A DNA stretch of 47,870 bases, from positions 1 through 47,870 of the forward strand of contig CAZVPD010000002.1 of NCBI GenBank assembly GCA_964628455.1, in the 5' to 3' direction. Under the pieces are notes generated by a model, which saw nothing but the letters and a program-made list of their open reading frames with translations, had not been told where the DNA came from and ran no database searches. Origin of the DNA: an uncultured Lachnospiraceae bacterium (GTDB taxonomy: Bacteria > Bacillota > Clostridia > Oscillospirales > CAG-272). Within the stretch, counting starts at the first letter, position 1, and each line of letters starts with the position of its first letter. Positions 9,174 to 19,214 of the stretch are shown here, piece by piece. Both the position numbers and the translations under genes were made by a program.

Positions 9174-10502
9174 TTATTCGGCAGTATCCAGCCTGTCGAA
9201 TACATTCAGCTGCAATACAGGTTTATCGGCCAGAATCAGCTGCGGTTTTTCTTCGCGCAATATTACTTTTTCATTGATGACGACTTTGAGGACATCCAGC
9301 CGTGACGGTATTTCATACATGATGTCCGTCATGATATCTTCCATGATTGACCTGAGCCCCCGCGCGCCGGTTTGACGTTCGATAGCCAGTTCCGCTACTT
9401 TGTTCAGGGCTCCGCCGGTAAACTCAAGTTCGGCATTATCCATCGCGAACAATTTGCGGTATTGTTTGACCAGCGAATTTTTTGGTTCGGTCAGGATGCG
9501 TATCAAAGCTTCGACGTCAAGGCTTTCAAGTCCGCATAAGATCGGAAGACGGCCTACAAGTTCCGGAATGAGACCGTATTTGACGATGTCATGAGGGAGA
9601 ACATCCCTGTAGATGTTTCTTTTGGCTTTTTCTTCTTTTTTCAGGACTTCGCCCGCGAAACCGATGGTGGAACCGCCTTTGCGGTTTTCTATGATGCTGT
9701 CGATGTTGTCAAATGAACCGCCGCAGATAAACAGGATGTTTTCCGTATTGATCTGTATAAAATCCTGATTGGGGTGTTTGCGGCCGCCCTGCGGAGGGAC
9801 ATTCGAAACGGTTCCCTCGAGGATCTTTAAAAGTGCCTGCTGAACGCCTTCGCCGGAAACATCGCGGGTGATCGAACGGTTTTCGCTCCGCCTGGATATT
9901 TTATCGATTTCATCTATATAGATGATCCCCTTTTCGGCTTTCTCGACATCGAAATCCGCAGCCTGTATTAGCCGCAGGAGAATGTTTTCCACGTCTTCGC
10001 CGACATAACCCGCTTCGGTCAAAGTAGTCGCATCTGCAATGGCGAAGGGAACCTTCAGCGTTTTTGCGAGTGTCTGGGCCAGAAAGGTTTTTCCGACTCC
10101 TGTCGGACCCAGAAGCAGGACATTGCTTTTCTGTATTTCAACGTCTTCTTCTTTTTTGTTCCGGCCCGAAGGTTTCTTTTTGATCTGCAGAATCCTTTTA
10201 TAATGGTTATAAACGGCAACCGCAAGCGTTTTTTTTGCTTCTTCCTGTCCGATGACGTATTCATCCAGAGTTTCTTTGATTTTCTGCGGTTTAGGCAGCG
10301 TTGAAAGAGAAAGGTCACCGTCGGAGGGAGAGTTGCTCGTATGGTCATGTATGATCTGATTGCAGGCGTCGATGCAGTTGTTGCAGATCATAAGTCCCGT
10401 CGGAGACGGAATGAGATACATGACCTTTGATTCATCACGTCCGCAAAAAGAACAGTGCTGCATACCTGTACCGCGGGAACCGCGCTGACTGTTATTTGCC
10501 AT
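9174..10502 (-). CDS. clpX: ATP-dependent Clp protease ATP-binding subunit ClpX
   Basis: 442 aa. Zn-finger CSFCG..CNNC, Walker A GPTGVGKT, Walker [10 protein letters not shown]. Sits downstream of clpP. Confidence 0.97.
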   Translation of the reverse strand: MANNSQRGSRGTGMQHCSFCGRDESKVMYLIPSPTGLMICNNCIDACNQIIHDHTSNSPSDGDLSLSTLPKPQKIKETLDEYVIGQEEAKKTLAVAVYNHYKRILQIKKKPSGRNKKEEDVEIQKSNVLLLGPTGVGKTFLAQTLAKTLKVPFAIADATTLTEAGYVGEDVENILLRLIQAADFDVEKAEKGIIYIDEIDKISRRSENRSITRDVSGEGVQQALLKILEGTVSNVPPQGGRKHPNQDFIQINTENILFICGGSFDNIDSIIENRKGGSTIGFAGEVLKKEEKAKRNIYRDVLPHDIVKYGLIPELVGRLPILCGLESLDVEALIRILTEPKNSLVKQYRKLFAMDNAELEFTGGALNKVAELAIERQTGARGLRSIMEDIMTDIMYEIPSRLDVLKVVINEKVILREEKPQLILADKPVLQLNVFDRLDTAE

Positions 10503-10569
10503 TCTATTACCATATGCCGTGTGTCTCTATTTATCCGTAAGGTAAGGGGACGGCATCCTTTTTTATAAA

Positions 10570-11163
10570 TTATAAACGTTTTGTTATCACGCGGTCAACC
10601 AGACCGTATGCGACGGCTTCTTCCGCGTTGAGGAAATTATCGCGGTCTGTATCGCGTTCTATTATTTCGAGCGATTTGCCGGTATTGAGGGCAAGAATTT
10701 TATTTAACTTTGAGCGTGTCTTGATGATATGCTCGGCGTGTATTTTGATATCGCTCGCCTGACCCTGCATGCCGCCTAAGGGCTGATGGATCAATATATC
10801 GCTGTTCGGAAGCGCAAAACGTTTTCCCTTGGCGCCCGATGAGAGCAGGAAAGCACCCATGCTGGCAGCCATGCCCACGCATATGGTCGATACATCGCAT
10901 TTGATAAAATTCATGGTGTCATAGATCGCAAGGCCCGCGGTTACCGATCCGCCGGGACTGTTGATATAGAAGTTGATGTCTTTATCGGGATCCTGCGCTT
11001 CAAGAAAAAGCAGCTGTGCTACGACAAGGGAGGCTGTAAGGTCGTTGACCTCATCGGAAAGAAATACGATCCGGTCGTTAAGCAGACGCGAAAAGATATC
11101 ATAAGCTCTTTCACCTCTGTTGGTTTGTTCTATGACGGTCGGGACAAGAGGCATATTCTTCAC
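10570..11163 (-). CDS. clpP: ATP-dependent Clp protease proteolytic subunit ClpP
   Basis: 197 aa. RIVFL.., the [11 protein letters not shown] serine block and the LIHQPLGG histidine block. Confidence 0.97.
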   Translation of the reverse strand: MKNMPLVPTVIEQTNRGERAYDIFSRLLNDRIVFLSDEVNDLTASLVVAQLLFLEAQDPDKDINFYINSPGGSVTAGLAIYDTMNFIKCDVSTICVGMAASMGAFLLSSGAKGKRFALPNSDILIHQPLGGMQGQASDIKIHAEHIIKTRSKLNKILALNTGKSLEIIERDTDRDNFLNAEEAVAYGLVDRVITKRL

Positions 11164-11185
11164 TCCTTCGTTTTAATTAAAATGA

Positions 11186-12517
11186 TTATTCTTCGTTTTC
11201 TTCTGCGGCTGTCTCATCAGCCGACGGATCGGCTTGTTTTATTGTAATAACCGCATTGGCTTTTATCAAATCGACAGCTTTGCGCACACAGATGTCTTTC
11301 GAGAGCGAACCGGGTAAAACAGCTTCCTTTACTTTATCGGTTTCCATAGTATACATTTTTGCCAGCTTTTCGTATTCCGCTTCTATATCCGCTTCATCGG
11401 CTGTTATGCCTTCGTTTTCAACGATTTTTTCAAGGGCAAGACGTGTCTTCACCTGACGTTCGGCTTCCGGTCTGACCTGTTCACGCATGGATTCCAGGGT
11501 CATACCCGTATACTTGAGATACATGTCGAGATTTAATCCCTGGGAGCGCATGCTGTAATCACGGTCGCGGATGATGTTTTCGGTTTCGGAATCGATCATC
11601 GGAGGCGGTATGTCGGCTTCGAGTTTTGAGAGAAGACTGTCGATCAGTTTTCCTTCCAGCGCGTGATCCGCTGCTTTTTCGTTTCTCTCGTTGATTTTTG
11701 CCTTTAAATCGGCTTTGTATTCATCCAGGGTATCGAATTCCGATACGTCTTTTGCAAACTCGTCGTCAAGTTCGGGCAGTTCCTTGAGTTTAACTTCATG
11801 CAGTATGACTTTGAAAACCGCTTCTTTGCCGGCCAGATCTTCTTTATGATAGTCGGCAGGAAAAGTCACGTTTACATCAAAATTATCTTCGGGGGAGTGA
11901 CCCGCGATCTGTTCCTCAAAACCAGGTATGAAGCTGTTTGAACCCAGAACAAGATTGTATTTTTCCGATTTCCCGCCTTCAAACGGAACTCCGCCGACGG
12001 AACCGTCATAATTTATCACAACCGTATCACCGTTTTGCGCGGGGCGGTCCGTGATATCGATCAGACGGGAGTTGCGTTCTCTCACGCGGTTGAGGTCGGC
12101 TTCCACATCCGCCTCCGATGCAGGCGTTACGATCTTCTCCACCTGCATGCCCATGTAATCGGAAATCCGAACTTCCGGTTTTATATAGAATTTTGCTTTC
12201 ATCAGAACGCCGCTGTCGTCCATGGAAGTCATATCGAATTCCGGACGGCTTACGGCATCAAGGCCGGATTCGCTTAAAGCAGAATCAAAGGAAGAGGGTA
12301 AAATATCATTTAAGGCATCCTCATAAAAAACACTTTTGCCGAACATCTTTTCGATGATGTTTCTGGGTGCTTTGCCTTTTCTGAATCCGGGAACATTCAT
12401 TTTCGAAGCGTTCTTTTTATAAATCTTCGTGACGGATTCTTCAAAGACATCTTTTCCGATCAGAAATTCAAGCTCCGCCTGATTTTTATCTAATTTGGTT
12501 ATGTTTACGACACTCAT
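11186..12517 (-). CDS. tig: Trigger factor
   Basis: 443 aa. Ribosome-binding signature GFRKGKAP and an FKBP-type middle domain. Canonical tig-clpP-clpX order. Confidence 0.95.
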   Translation of the reverse strand: MSVVNITKLDKNQAELEFLIGKDVFEESVTKIYKKNASKMNVPGFRKGKAPRNIIEKMFGKSVFYEDALNDILPSSFDSALSESGLDAVSRPEFDMTSMDDSGVLMKAKFYIKPEVRISDYMGMQVEKIVTPASEADVEADLNRVRERNSRLIDITDRPAQNGDTVVINYDGSVGGVPFEGGKSEKYNLVLGSNSFIPGFEEQIAGHSPEDNFDVNVTFPADYHKEDLAGKEAVFKVILHEVKLKELPELDDEFAKDVSEFDTLDEYKADLKAKINERNEKAADHALEGKLIDSLLSKLEADIPPPMIDSETENIIRDRDYSMRSQGLNLDMYLKYTGMTLESMREQVRPEAERQVKTRLALEKIVENEGITADEADIEAEYEKLAKMYTMETDKVKEAVLPGSLSKDICVRKAVDLIKANAVITIKQADPSADETAAEENEE

Positions 12518-12581
12518 GATTGTTTTCCTCCGTAGTAAGTCTGTATTCTGTATATAAATTAAAAATTTGCCGATTATATAT

Positions 12582-12609
12582 ATTGTACATAAAATTTATC
12601 GCATGTCAA
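12582..12609 (-). promoter_or_regulatory. Sigma-A type promoter for tig
   Basis: Minus strand reads TTGACA (rc of 12604-12609), a 16-nt spacer, then TACAAT (rc of 12582-12587). Confidence 0.5.
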
Positions 12610-12649
12610 GTTCATGTCTCTAAAATTATAAGATTGTTAATGTTAAAGT

Positions 12650-13360
12650 TTAATTATGTTCAGAATCAACATAAAGCGGTGTAAAGTTTAAATAATCCGA
12701 GGAAGTTATTGTAAACAGGATCTCTTCGTATTCAAATGACGGGGGGATATCATAAAGGTTATGGATATGCCCGTAATAACAGCGGTGTATGTTGTGTTTA
12801 TGCAGAACGGATAAAATTTCGCTGCAAATATAGTTTTTAAAAACAGGCGGGAAGTGCAGAAAAACGACCGGGGTCCCGTTCATTTTTTTACCGGCTGTAA
12901 GGGACATTTCGATACGCAGTGCTTCGCGCAATACGATTTTCCTGTAATCGCTTTCTTCGGGTGCGATTTTCTGGTCGTTGTACCAGCCCCTTGAACCGCA
13001 GACGATGATGTCGTTTATTTTATGCGCGTTGTTATAGAGGAACTTCATCGAATTTATATGATTGTCCGTAAAAAAACTGCTCATTTTTTTTACGGTATCC
13101 CACCAGTAATCATGATTGCCGCGTCCGAGTATTTTATCGCCGGGAAGAGAATCGATAAAAAGCAGGTCTTTTTTTGCTTCCTCCAGAGTCATCGCCCAGG
13201 ATACGTCGCCGGTAATAACGACAGTGTCTTCTTCTCCGACAACGGAACGCCAGCCGCTTTCGATTTTTCCGATATGATTGCTCCATCTGGTGCCGAATAT
13301 ATCCATCGGCTTATTGACACCGAGCGAAAGGTGAGTGTCTGACAAAACGAAAAGTGACAT
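12650..13360 (-). CDS. Metallophosphoesterase (calcineurin-like) family protein
   Basis: 236 aa. Motifs LSDTHLS (DxH), TGDVSW (GD) and GNHDYWW (GNHD). Confidence 0.8.
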   Translation of the reverse strand: MSLFVLSDTHLSLGVNKPMDIFGTRWSNHIGKIESGWRSVVGEEDTVVITGDVSWAMTLEEAKKDLLFIDSLPGDKILGRGNHDYWWDTVKKMSSFFTDNHINSMKFLYNNAHKINDIIVCGSRGWYNDQKIAPEESDYRKIVLREALRIEMSLTAGKKMNGTPVVFLHFPPVFKNYICSEILSVLHKHNIHRCYYGHIHNLYDIPPSFEYEEILFTITSSDYLNFTPLYVDSEHN

Positions 13361-13482
13361 AATTTAAACACCGGAAAAAAGAATTTGTCTGTAACAGGCG
13401 TATTTTCAGGAAGACCGAGTGAAGCGGTTATGCCGGTGGGAGGAGCGGGCATGATCCCGTGAAGGACGGATTTATACCCGGT

Positions 13483-14967
13483 TTATCTCAGGGTGTGCAG
13501 CAGTTCGCTTTTCATGTCGTCGGGATTCACGGGCAGACCGGGATCAAAACGGATTATTTTCTTTGACAGTTCGGAAAGGGAAGGCGGAATTTCTGTTTTG
13601 GTCAATTCCGAGAGTGCCGCAATATTGGCAAATTCATCGTCGTACTGCCTGCCTGACAATGCCCTGTAGACATCCGAAGCGAACTTATAGGGACTTGCGG
13701 TCGATACAACCAGCATAGGCGTTTCGTCTCTTGTTTCCTGGATATACTGCCGCGCGCAGCTCATTCCGACTGCCGTATGCGTGTCTGTCAGATATTGATA
13801 TTCACCGAATGTATCGGTGATCGTATGGAGAGTATCTTCCTCATTGCAGAAATAACCCCGGAAAATTCTGTCAAACCCGCTTCTGACGTCGCTCTCGGCC
13901 GTATATGCGCCTTTTTCGGAAAGCCTGCGCATATATTCCGCAGTGCGTGTGCTGCCTGCAGAAAGATACAGCATGCGTTCCAGGTTGCTTGATATCAGAA
14001 TATCCATAGAAGGGGAAGAAGTCGTATAAAAACGGCGGTTGCGGTCGTAAATGCCCGTATTTATGAAATCCGACAGAATATTGTTGCGGTTGGAAGCGCA
14101 AATAAGTTTCCCGACAGGCAGTCCGGCCTGTTCCGCGATATATGCGGCGAAAATATTCCCGAAGTTTCCGGTCGGGACACATATGTTTATTTTTTTATCC
14201 CGTTTCAATTTTCCCTGTTTGACAAGGTCGCAGTAAGCGGAAAAATAATAAACGATCTGAGGTGCGAGTCTTCCCCAGTTGATGGAATTCGCGCTGGACA
14301 AAAAATATCCGCCGTCCGAGAGCAAACCGGCTGTCTCCGGATCCGCAAGAATCTTTTTGATACCGTTCTGAGTGTCGTCGAAATTGCCTTTTACGGAACG
14401 GACTTCAACGTTTTTGCCCTCCTGGGTCGCCATCTGAAGCATTTGAATACGGCTGACTCCGTCTGCCGGATAAAAAACCATTATCCTGACTCTGTCGGTA
14501 TCCCGATATCCCTCAAGAGCCGCTTTTCCGGTATCACCCGAGGTGGCGACCAGGATAAAGGCGTCCCGTTTTTCTCCGGTTTTATACAACGCCCGCGAAA
14601 GCAGACGAGGCATGATCTGAAGCGCTATATCCTTAAAGGCGCAGGTGGGACCGTGCCAGAGCTCCAAAACATGCAGCCTGTCATTCAGCGACTTTACAGG
14701 CGCCGGTCCTCCGGTGAAACGGTCTTCCGCGTATGCCATACGGCAGTCCGCAAGCAATTCGGATTCGGCATAGTCGCTGAGAAAGCGGGAGAGTATAAAG
14801 GCAGCCCTTTCGGGATAATTCATCGCGCATAAAGCATCAAACTGTTCTTTTCCGAATTGCGGGATAAACTCCGGCATGTAGAGACCGCCGTCCGGAGAAA
14901 GTCCCTGTTTGATCGCATAGGCTGAGGCCAGGCGTTCTCTTCCGCCCCGTGTACTTACATATAGCAT
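13483..14967 (-). CDS. thrC: Threonine synthase (long form)
   Basis: 494 aa. PLP-lysine block GPTCAFKD and the SSGNFG-like TGNFGN block. Confidence 0.9.
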   Translation of the reverse strand: MLYVSTRGGRERLASAYAIKQGLSPDGGLYMPEFIPQFGKEQFDALCAMNYPERAAFILSRFLSDYAESELLADCRMAYAEDRFTGGPAPVKSLNDRLHVLELWHGPTCAFKDIALQIMPRLLSRALYKTGEKRDAFILVATSGDTGKAALEGYRDTDRVRIMVFYPADGVSRIQMLQMATQEGKNVEVRSVKGNFDDTQNGIKKILADPETAGLLSDGGYFLSSANSINWGRLAPQIVYYFSAYCDLVKQGKLKRDKKINICVPTGNFGNIFAAYIAEQAGLPVGKLICASNRNNILSDFINTGIYDRNRRFYTTSSPSMDILISSNLERMLYLSAGSTRTAEYMRRLSEKGAYTAESDVRSGFDRIFRGYFCNEEDTLHTITDTFGEYQYLTDTHTAVGMSCARQYIQETRDETPMLVVSTASPYKFASDVYRALSGRQYDDEFANIAALSELTKTEIPPSLSELSKKIIRFDPGLPVNPDDMKSELLHTLR

Positions 14968-15196
14968 ATAATCCGCTCCGGTAATAGATTGTTTTTCTCA
15001 TATAAGAATATGCGCCGTTAAAAACATCCACGGTTATCCCGTTTTAATATTTCTGCCGCAGAGTCTGCAGGTGATTTTAATAAAGATCGTCCGCGCCCGT
15101 AATGCCGAACGGAGAACTGCCGATCTCGTCAGGGTCGCATCCGGGCAAGCCGGTCTTTTCTCCGCCTAAGGCAAGTTTATGATGGTTTTCCTGCTG

Positions 15197-15601
15197 TCAG
15201 CTGTAGTTGTAGTCCCGAACCGCGGCTTTCAAATGATTTATTTTCACCTGTATAAATTCCGTTCCCTCAACCGGTGAAATCAGCTGTTCGATGACATCGA
15301 TGCGGGGACTTTTATCGGGTCGGAATAGCTGCAGGTATTTTTTAACCGTTTTCAGAATATGATCGCGCTTTTTTGCATTGACTGCAAGTGAAGGCCGGCC
15401 ATAAAACGATTGAACCGGCGTTTCGGAACGTGATTTTACTTCAACAAAGATGATAGTCGTTGCGTTTTCCGCAATAATATCGATTTCGCCGTATTTCGAA
15501 CGAAAATTACGCCGGTTGATCACATAACCTTCGCGTTTCAGGAAATCGCATGCGATTTCCTCACCGCGGTTTCCTGCCGCTCTCAGATTGTTCTTTTCCA
15601 T
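15197..15601 (-). CDS. YraN/UPF0102 family endonuclease
   Basis: 134 aa. G..GE..A..FL...GY.I..RN.R...GEIDIIA pattern. Conserved position after rnhB. Confidence 0.8.
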   Translation of the reverse strand: MEKNNLRAAGNRGEEIACDFLKREGYVINRRNFRSKYGEIDIIAENATTIIFVEVKSRSETPVQSFYGRPSLAVNAKKRDHILKTVKKYLQLFRPDKSPRIDVIEQLISPVEGTEFIQVKINHLKAAVRDYNYS

Positions 15602-15619
15602 TTATTTTACACCTGAAAA

Positions 15620-16219
15620 TCAGAGATACATAAATTTTAAAAAACTTTTACGATGACAGGGAGCGGGTCCGAATTTTTTCAGCATTTCACGGTGATAGGC
15701 GGTGGCGTATCCTTTGTGTTTGGCTATGCCGTATCCCGGGTATTTTCTGTCGAGTTCGACGCAAAGTCTGTCGCGGCTGACCTTTGCGAGGACGGATGCG
15801 GCAGCAATGGACGGCGATATCGCATCTCCGCCTATAATCGCGGCTGCGTCTGTTTCAAATCCGCGTATGATGCTGCCGTCTGCGAGAACGACCGAGGGTT
15901 TCGGAGAAAGCAGAGAAACAGCGCGTCTCATCGCAAGCAGGGAAGCGTTTAATATATTGATTTCTTCGATTTCCTCGACTGTGGCATATGCAACGGCATA
16001 AGAAACCGCTTCGGAGGTAATGACATCGTAAAGGATTTCGCGTTTCTTTTCGGATAGTTTTTTTGAATCGTCCAGTCCGGTGATCTGAATGCCGTATGGA
16101 AGGATACAGGCTGCCGCCGCTACAGGGCCGGCCAGCGGTCCCCGGCCGGCTTCATCCGTCCCGCATATAACAGTATAACCGAGTGAACGGTACTCGTTTT
16201 CTATACGCCATGACAGCAT
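15620..16219 (-). CDS. rnhB: Ribonuclease HII
   Basis: 199 aa. GTDEAGRGPLAGPV catalytic block and DDSKKL. Confidence 0.93.
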   Translation of the reverse strand: MLSWRIENEYRSLGYTVICGTDEAGRGPLAGPVAAAACILPYGIQITGLDDSKKLSEKKREILYDVITSEAVSYAVAYATVEEIEEINILNASLLAMRRAVSLLSPKPSVVLADGSIIRGFETDAAAIIGGDAISPSIAAASVLAKVSRDRLCVELDRKYPGYGIAKHKGYATAYHREMLKKFGPAPCHRKSFLKFMYL

Positions 16220-16223
16220 GATC

Positions 16224-17087
16224 TTACGGCCTTTCCAGTGTTATCCTGCCGATTTTTCCGCCCCGGAATTCATCAAGCAGCATGACAGAAGTCCTTCGGT
16301 GATCGACCTCGCCGCCGGATATCAGGTAACCGCGTTTCCTGCCGATGAGTTCAAACAACTCCCGGTCTTCAAGAGCGGAAAAAGAAGCTTCAACGCCGAG
16401 TTTATAGCGTTCCGCTAAAAGTCCGGGATACAGTTTTCGAAGCCGCCGGCATAAAATGACCGCTATATGTTCCGTATCCAGAATATCGTCTTTGATAGCT
16501 CCGGTGACGGCAAGATTTTCACCTGTCGTCTGGTCGTCGAATTTAGGCCACAACACGCCGGGCATATCGAGTAAATCGAGTCCGAAGGATGTCTGAACCC
16601 ACTGCTTTTCCAAAGTAACGCCCGGACGGTCTTCGGTTTTTGCTTTTTTTGTTCCGGCAAGCCTATTGATAAAGGATGATTTCCCCACGTTCGGAATGCC
16701 GATGACCATCGCTTTCAGAGTGCGTCCGGCCATACCGCGGTTTTCATACTTTTCGGTTTTTGCGGATAATGTTTCGGCGACCGCATTTTTTAATTCGCTC
16801 ATTCCGTAACCTGAAATGCAGTCGGTAAAAATACAGCTGCGTCCCGTGCGGTTGAATTCGTTCTTCCATGCGGATGTGATGCTTCCGTCGGCGAGTGACG
16901 CTTTATTCAATACGGATAATAAAGGTTTGGAACCGACGAGGGAAGAAACCTCCGGATTAGCCGAACTCAAAGGTATTCTTGCGTCCAGAATTTCGATCAC
17001 AATATCAACCGACGGCAGATTCTCACGGATCATTCTCCGCGTCTTTGCCATGTGTCCGGGAAACCATTGTATTGTCTGTGAAGGCAT
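16224..17087 (-). CDS. rbgA: Ribosome biogenesis GTPase A (YlqF/RbgA), circularly permuted
   Basis: 287 aa. Starts IQWFPGHM. The G4 motif NKASL precedes G1 GIPNVGKSS and DMPGV. Confidence 0.92.
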   Translation of the reverse strand: MPSQTIQWFPGHMAKTRRMIRENLPSVDIVIEILDARIPLSSANPEVSSLVGSKPLLSVLNKASLADGSITSAWKNEFNRTGRSCIFTDCISGYGMSELKNAVAETLSAKTEKYENRGMAGRTLKAMVIGIPNVGKSSFINRLAGTKKAKTEDRPGVTLEKQWVQTSFGLDLLDMPGVLWPKFDDQTTGENLAVTGAIKDDILDTEHIAVILCRRLRKLYPGLLAERYKLGVEASFSALEDRELFELIGRKRGYLISGGEVDHRRTSVMLLDEFRGGKIGRITLERP

Positions 17088-17102
17088 TTCCTGCTCCTTT
17101 GC

Positions 17103-17732
17103 TCAGTTTACGGGACCTATTTTATCAAAAGGAAAAACCCGGAAGATGACGCGTCCGATAATATACCGGCAGTCGACCAGTCCGACGATCGAATTGCGGC
17201 TGTCAAGCGAATGATTGCGGTTGTCACCCATAACAAAGACGTACCCCTCCGGAATCGTTAACGGAAACTGCATATTCGATGAAAGCATAACGCGTCCCTC
17301 TTCGTAGTTCACATATGTTTCATCGAGTTTTTCACCGTCCACGACAACAGCCCATGACGAAAAATCAATGTTTATTTCCTGTCCGCCCACAGCGATGATG
17401 CGTTTGACCAGCGGTTCGTTATAACCGACGGCAGGAGACTGAAAAACGATAACGTCGTTCTGTGCGGGTTCATACAGTACCCCCGAGACCAGCAGTATGT
17501 CGTTTTCTTCCAGCGTGTGCGCCATGGAAGAACCAATTACGGGTGAATGGCGTACCGCGAAAGTCATAATGATCAGCACAAGTGAAAAAGAAAATACGAA
17601 AAGTTCGATCCATTCGAAGACAGATGAAGTCAGGTCGATTTTCTCGGGACTTCCGCTGCCGTTCCCGCTTTCCTTGTTTATTAAAACAGATTCGGATTTT
17701 TCCACATCGATGAAACCGTTTGCTTTTTCCAT
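17103..17732 (-). CDS. lepB: Signal peptidase I
   Basis: 209 aa. One TM segment, then GSSMAHTL (Ser box), KRIIAVGG (Lys box) and GDNRNHSLDSR. Confidence 0.92.
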   Translation of the reverse strand: MEKANGFIDVEKSESVLINKESGNGSGSPEKIDLTSSVFEWIELFVFSFSLVLIIMTFAVRHSPVIGSSMAHTLEENDILLVSGVLYEPAQNDVIVFQSPAVGYNEPLVKRIIAVGGQEINIDFSSWAVVVDGEKLDETYVNYEEGRVMLSSNMQFPLTIPEGYVFVMGDNRNHSLDSRNSIVGLVDCRYIIGRVIFRVFPFDKIGPVN

Positions 17733-17781
17733 GACGCCAAGAGCATCCTTTCATTCTGATCATTCCGGACATTCCGGTCAT

Positions 17782-18984
17782 TCAGACGTTTTTGATCATA
17801 TAACCCAGAAGATTAAAACCTTGTCCGATAAATAATCCTGTTTTGCCGCATGCCTCTTCCGTGAAGATTTCAACACCGTTGAGAATCAGGTCACTCGAAT
17901 AAATAATAAAGGGAACCGGGTCGGATGTATGTGTACGCAAAGCAACGGGAGTAGGATGATCCGGAAGTATCATCAGCTTAAACGGTTCGCTTCCCGATTG
18001 CAGATAATTCAGGAGCGGGCCTAAAACGAACTTGTCTATATACTCGATCGCTTTAATTTTATTCGCGAGTTCTGCGCGGTGTCCGCATTCGTCCGGAGCT
18101 TCGACATGAATATAGACGAAGTCGGAATCGCTTTCGAAGGCGCGGATTGCGGCTTCGGCTTTGCCTTTATAATTTGTGTGGATGTTTCCGGTTGCACCTT
18201 CGACATTTACAACATTCATTCCGGCGCACAGCCCGATCCCTTTGATCAGATCAACGGCAGAAATCACAGTCGCGTCAAGGTTCCATTTTTCTTTGAAAGA
18301 GGGGAGAGAAGGCTTTTTTCCGGGACTCCACAACCAGATGGAATTTGCCGGTTTTAATCCATTCTTTAAACGAGAAAGATTCAGAGGATGCAGGGATAAT
18401 ATTTTATAACTCTTTTTTTGCATGGTCAGAAAAGGTTCCGGCGGCAGATAATCGCCGATTTTTTGCCCGAGAATGTCATGAGGCCTCATAAAATCCGTAA
18501 AAGAAGGGGCGTTCTTCCACAACAGGCAGTGCCGGTAACTGACTCCGGTATAAAAACGTATGTTTTCGTCACCGACAGCGTCGTTCAGGAATTTGACCAG
18601 AATATCCGCTTCGGAAGTTTCTATTTCGTCCGAACTGTGGTCGGTCATTATAAAAGAATCGTAATCCGTATTTTCCGAACCGAGTGTGACAAGGTTGCAG
18701 CGGAATGCCGTGTCATCGGGCGACATCTCGAGCCCCATGGCAGCCGCTTCGAGAGGAGAACGACCTTTGGAGTATACGGCAGGGTCATAGGACAATATGG
18801 CCAGGTTTGCCGTGTCGCTTTCCGGCACCATGCCCGCGGGGATATTCGAAACCGTTCCCGCCAGTGAAGTTCGCGCAAGCAGGTCCATATTGGGTTTTTG
18901 CGCGATTTCCATCGGCGTTCTGCCGCCTAAAGATTCAATTTTGTAATCAGCCATTCCGTCGCAAATTAAAACACAGTATTTCAT
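17782..18984 (-). CDS. ApgM-type cofactor-independent phosphoglycerate mutase family (alkaline-phosphatase superfamily) protein
   Basis: 400 aa. N-terminus MKYCVLICDGMADY..GGRTPME.A..PNMD and C-terminal ILPDHPTP, both typical of the archaeal-type iPGM family. Confidence 0.75.
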   Translation of the reverse strand: MKYCVLICDGMADYKIESLGGRTPMEIAQKPNMDLLARTSLAGTVSNIPAGMVPESDTANLAILSYDPAVYSKGRSPLEAAAMGLEMSPDDTAFRCNLVTLGSENTDYDSFIMTDHSSDEIETSEADILVKFLNDAVGDENIRFYTGVSYRHCLLWKNAPSFTDFMRPHDILGQKIGDYLPPEPFLTMQKKSYKILSLHPLNLSRLKNGLKPANSIWLWSPGKKPSLPSFKEKWNLDATVISAVDLIKGIGLCAGMNVVNVEGATGNIHTNYKGKAEAAIRAFESDSDFVYIHVEAPDECGHRAELANKIKAIEYIDKFVLGPLLNYLQSGSEPFKLMILPDHPTPVALRTHTSDPVPFIIYSSDLILNGVEIFTEEACGKTGLFIGQGFNLLGYMIKNV

Positions 18985-19098
18985 TGATCGTTAATCTTTT
19001 CTGTTATTAATCGGAATTTATTGATCCCGTATTCTGTTTATTATATCACAGGAAGCAGTTATTAACAATACCAATAAATAAATTTTTTATAAATAAAA

Positions 19099-19127
19099 TT
19101 GACATGCGATGTCCGGGATGATATAAT
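19099..19127 (+). promoter_or_regulatory. Sigma-A type promoter for the glycosyltransferase gene
   Basis: TTGACA (19099-19104), a 17-nt spacer, then TGaTATAAT (19119-19127). Confidence 0.65.
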
Positions 19128-19214
19128 CGTTAAAGAATATAAATCAGAATACGTTAAATAATATGATATAAAACAAAAAAGCGTATATTCATGATTAAAA
19201 TAAAAGGATTATTT

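Noticed and set aside
15028-15040. T-box-like GGGAUAACCGUGG segment upstream of thrC
   Set aside because: The essential UGGN bulge sequence (GGGUGGUACCGCG consensus) is not present. I could find no specifier-loop or AG-bulge architecture.
15125-15132. Hammerhead-ribozyme-like CUGACGAG core on the minus strand of the thrC leader
   Set aside because: No properly placed GAAA preceded by a C-closing stem II, and no stem directly following the CUGANGA box. The resemblance is limited to one octamer.
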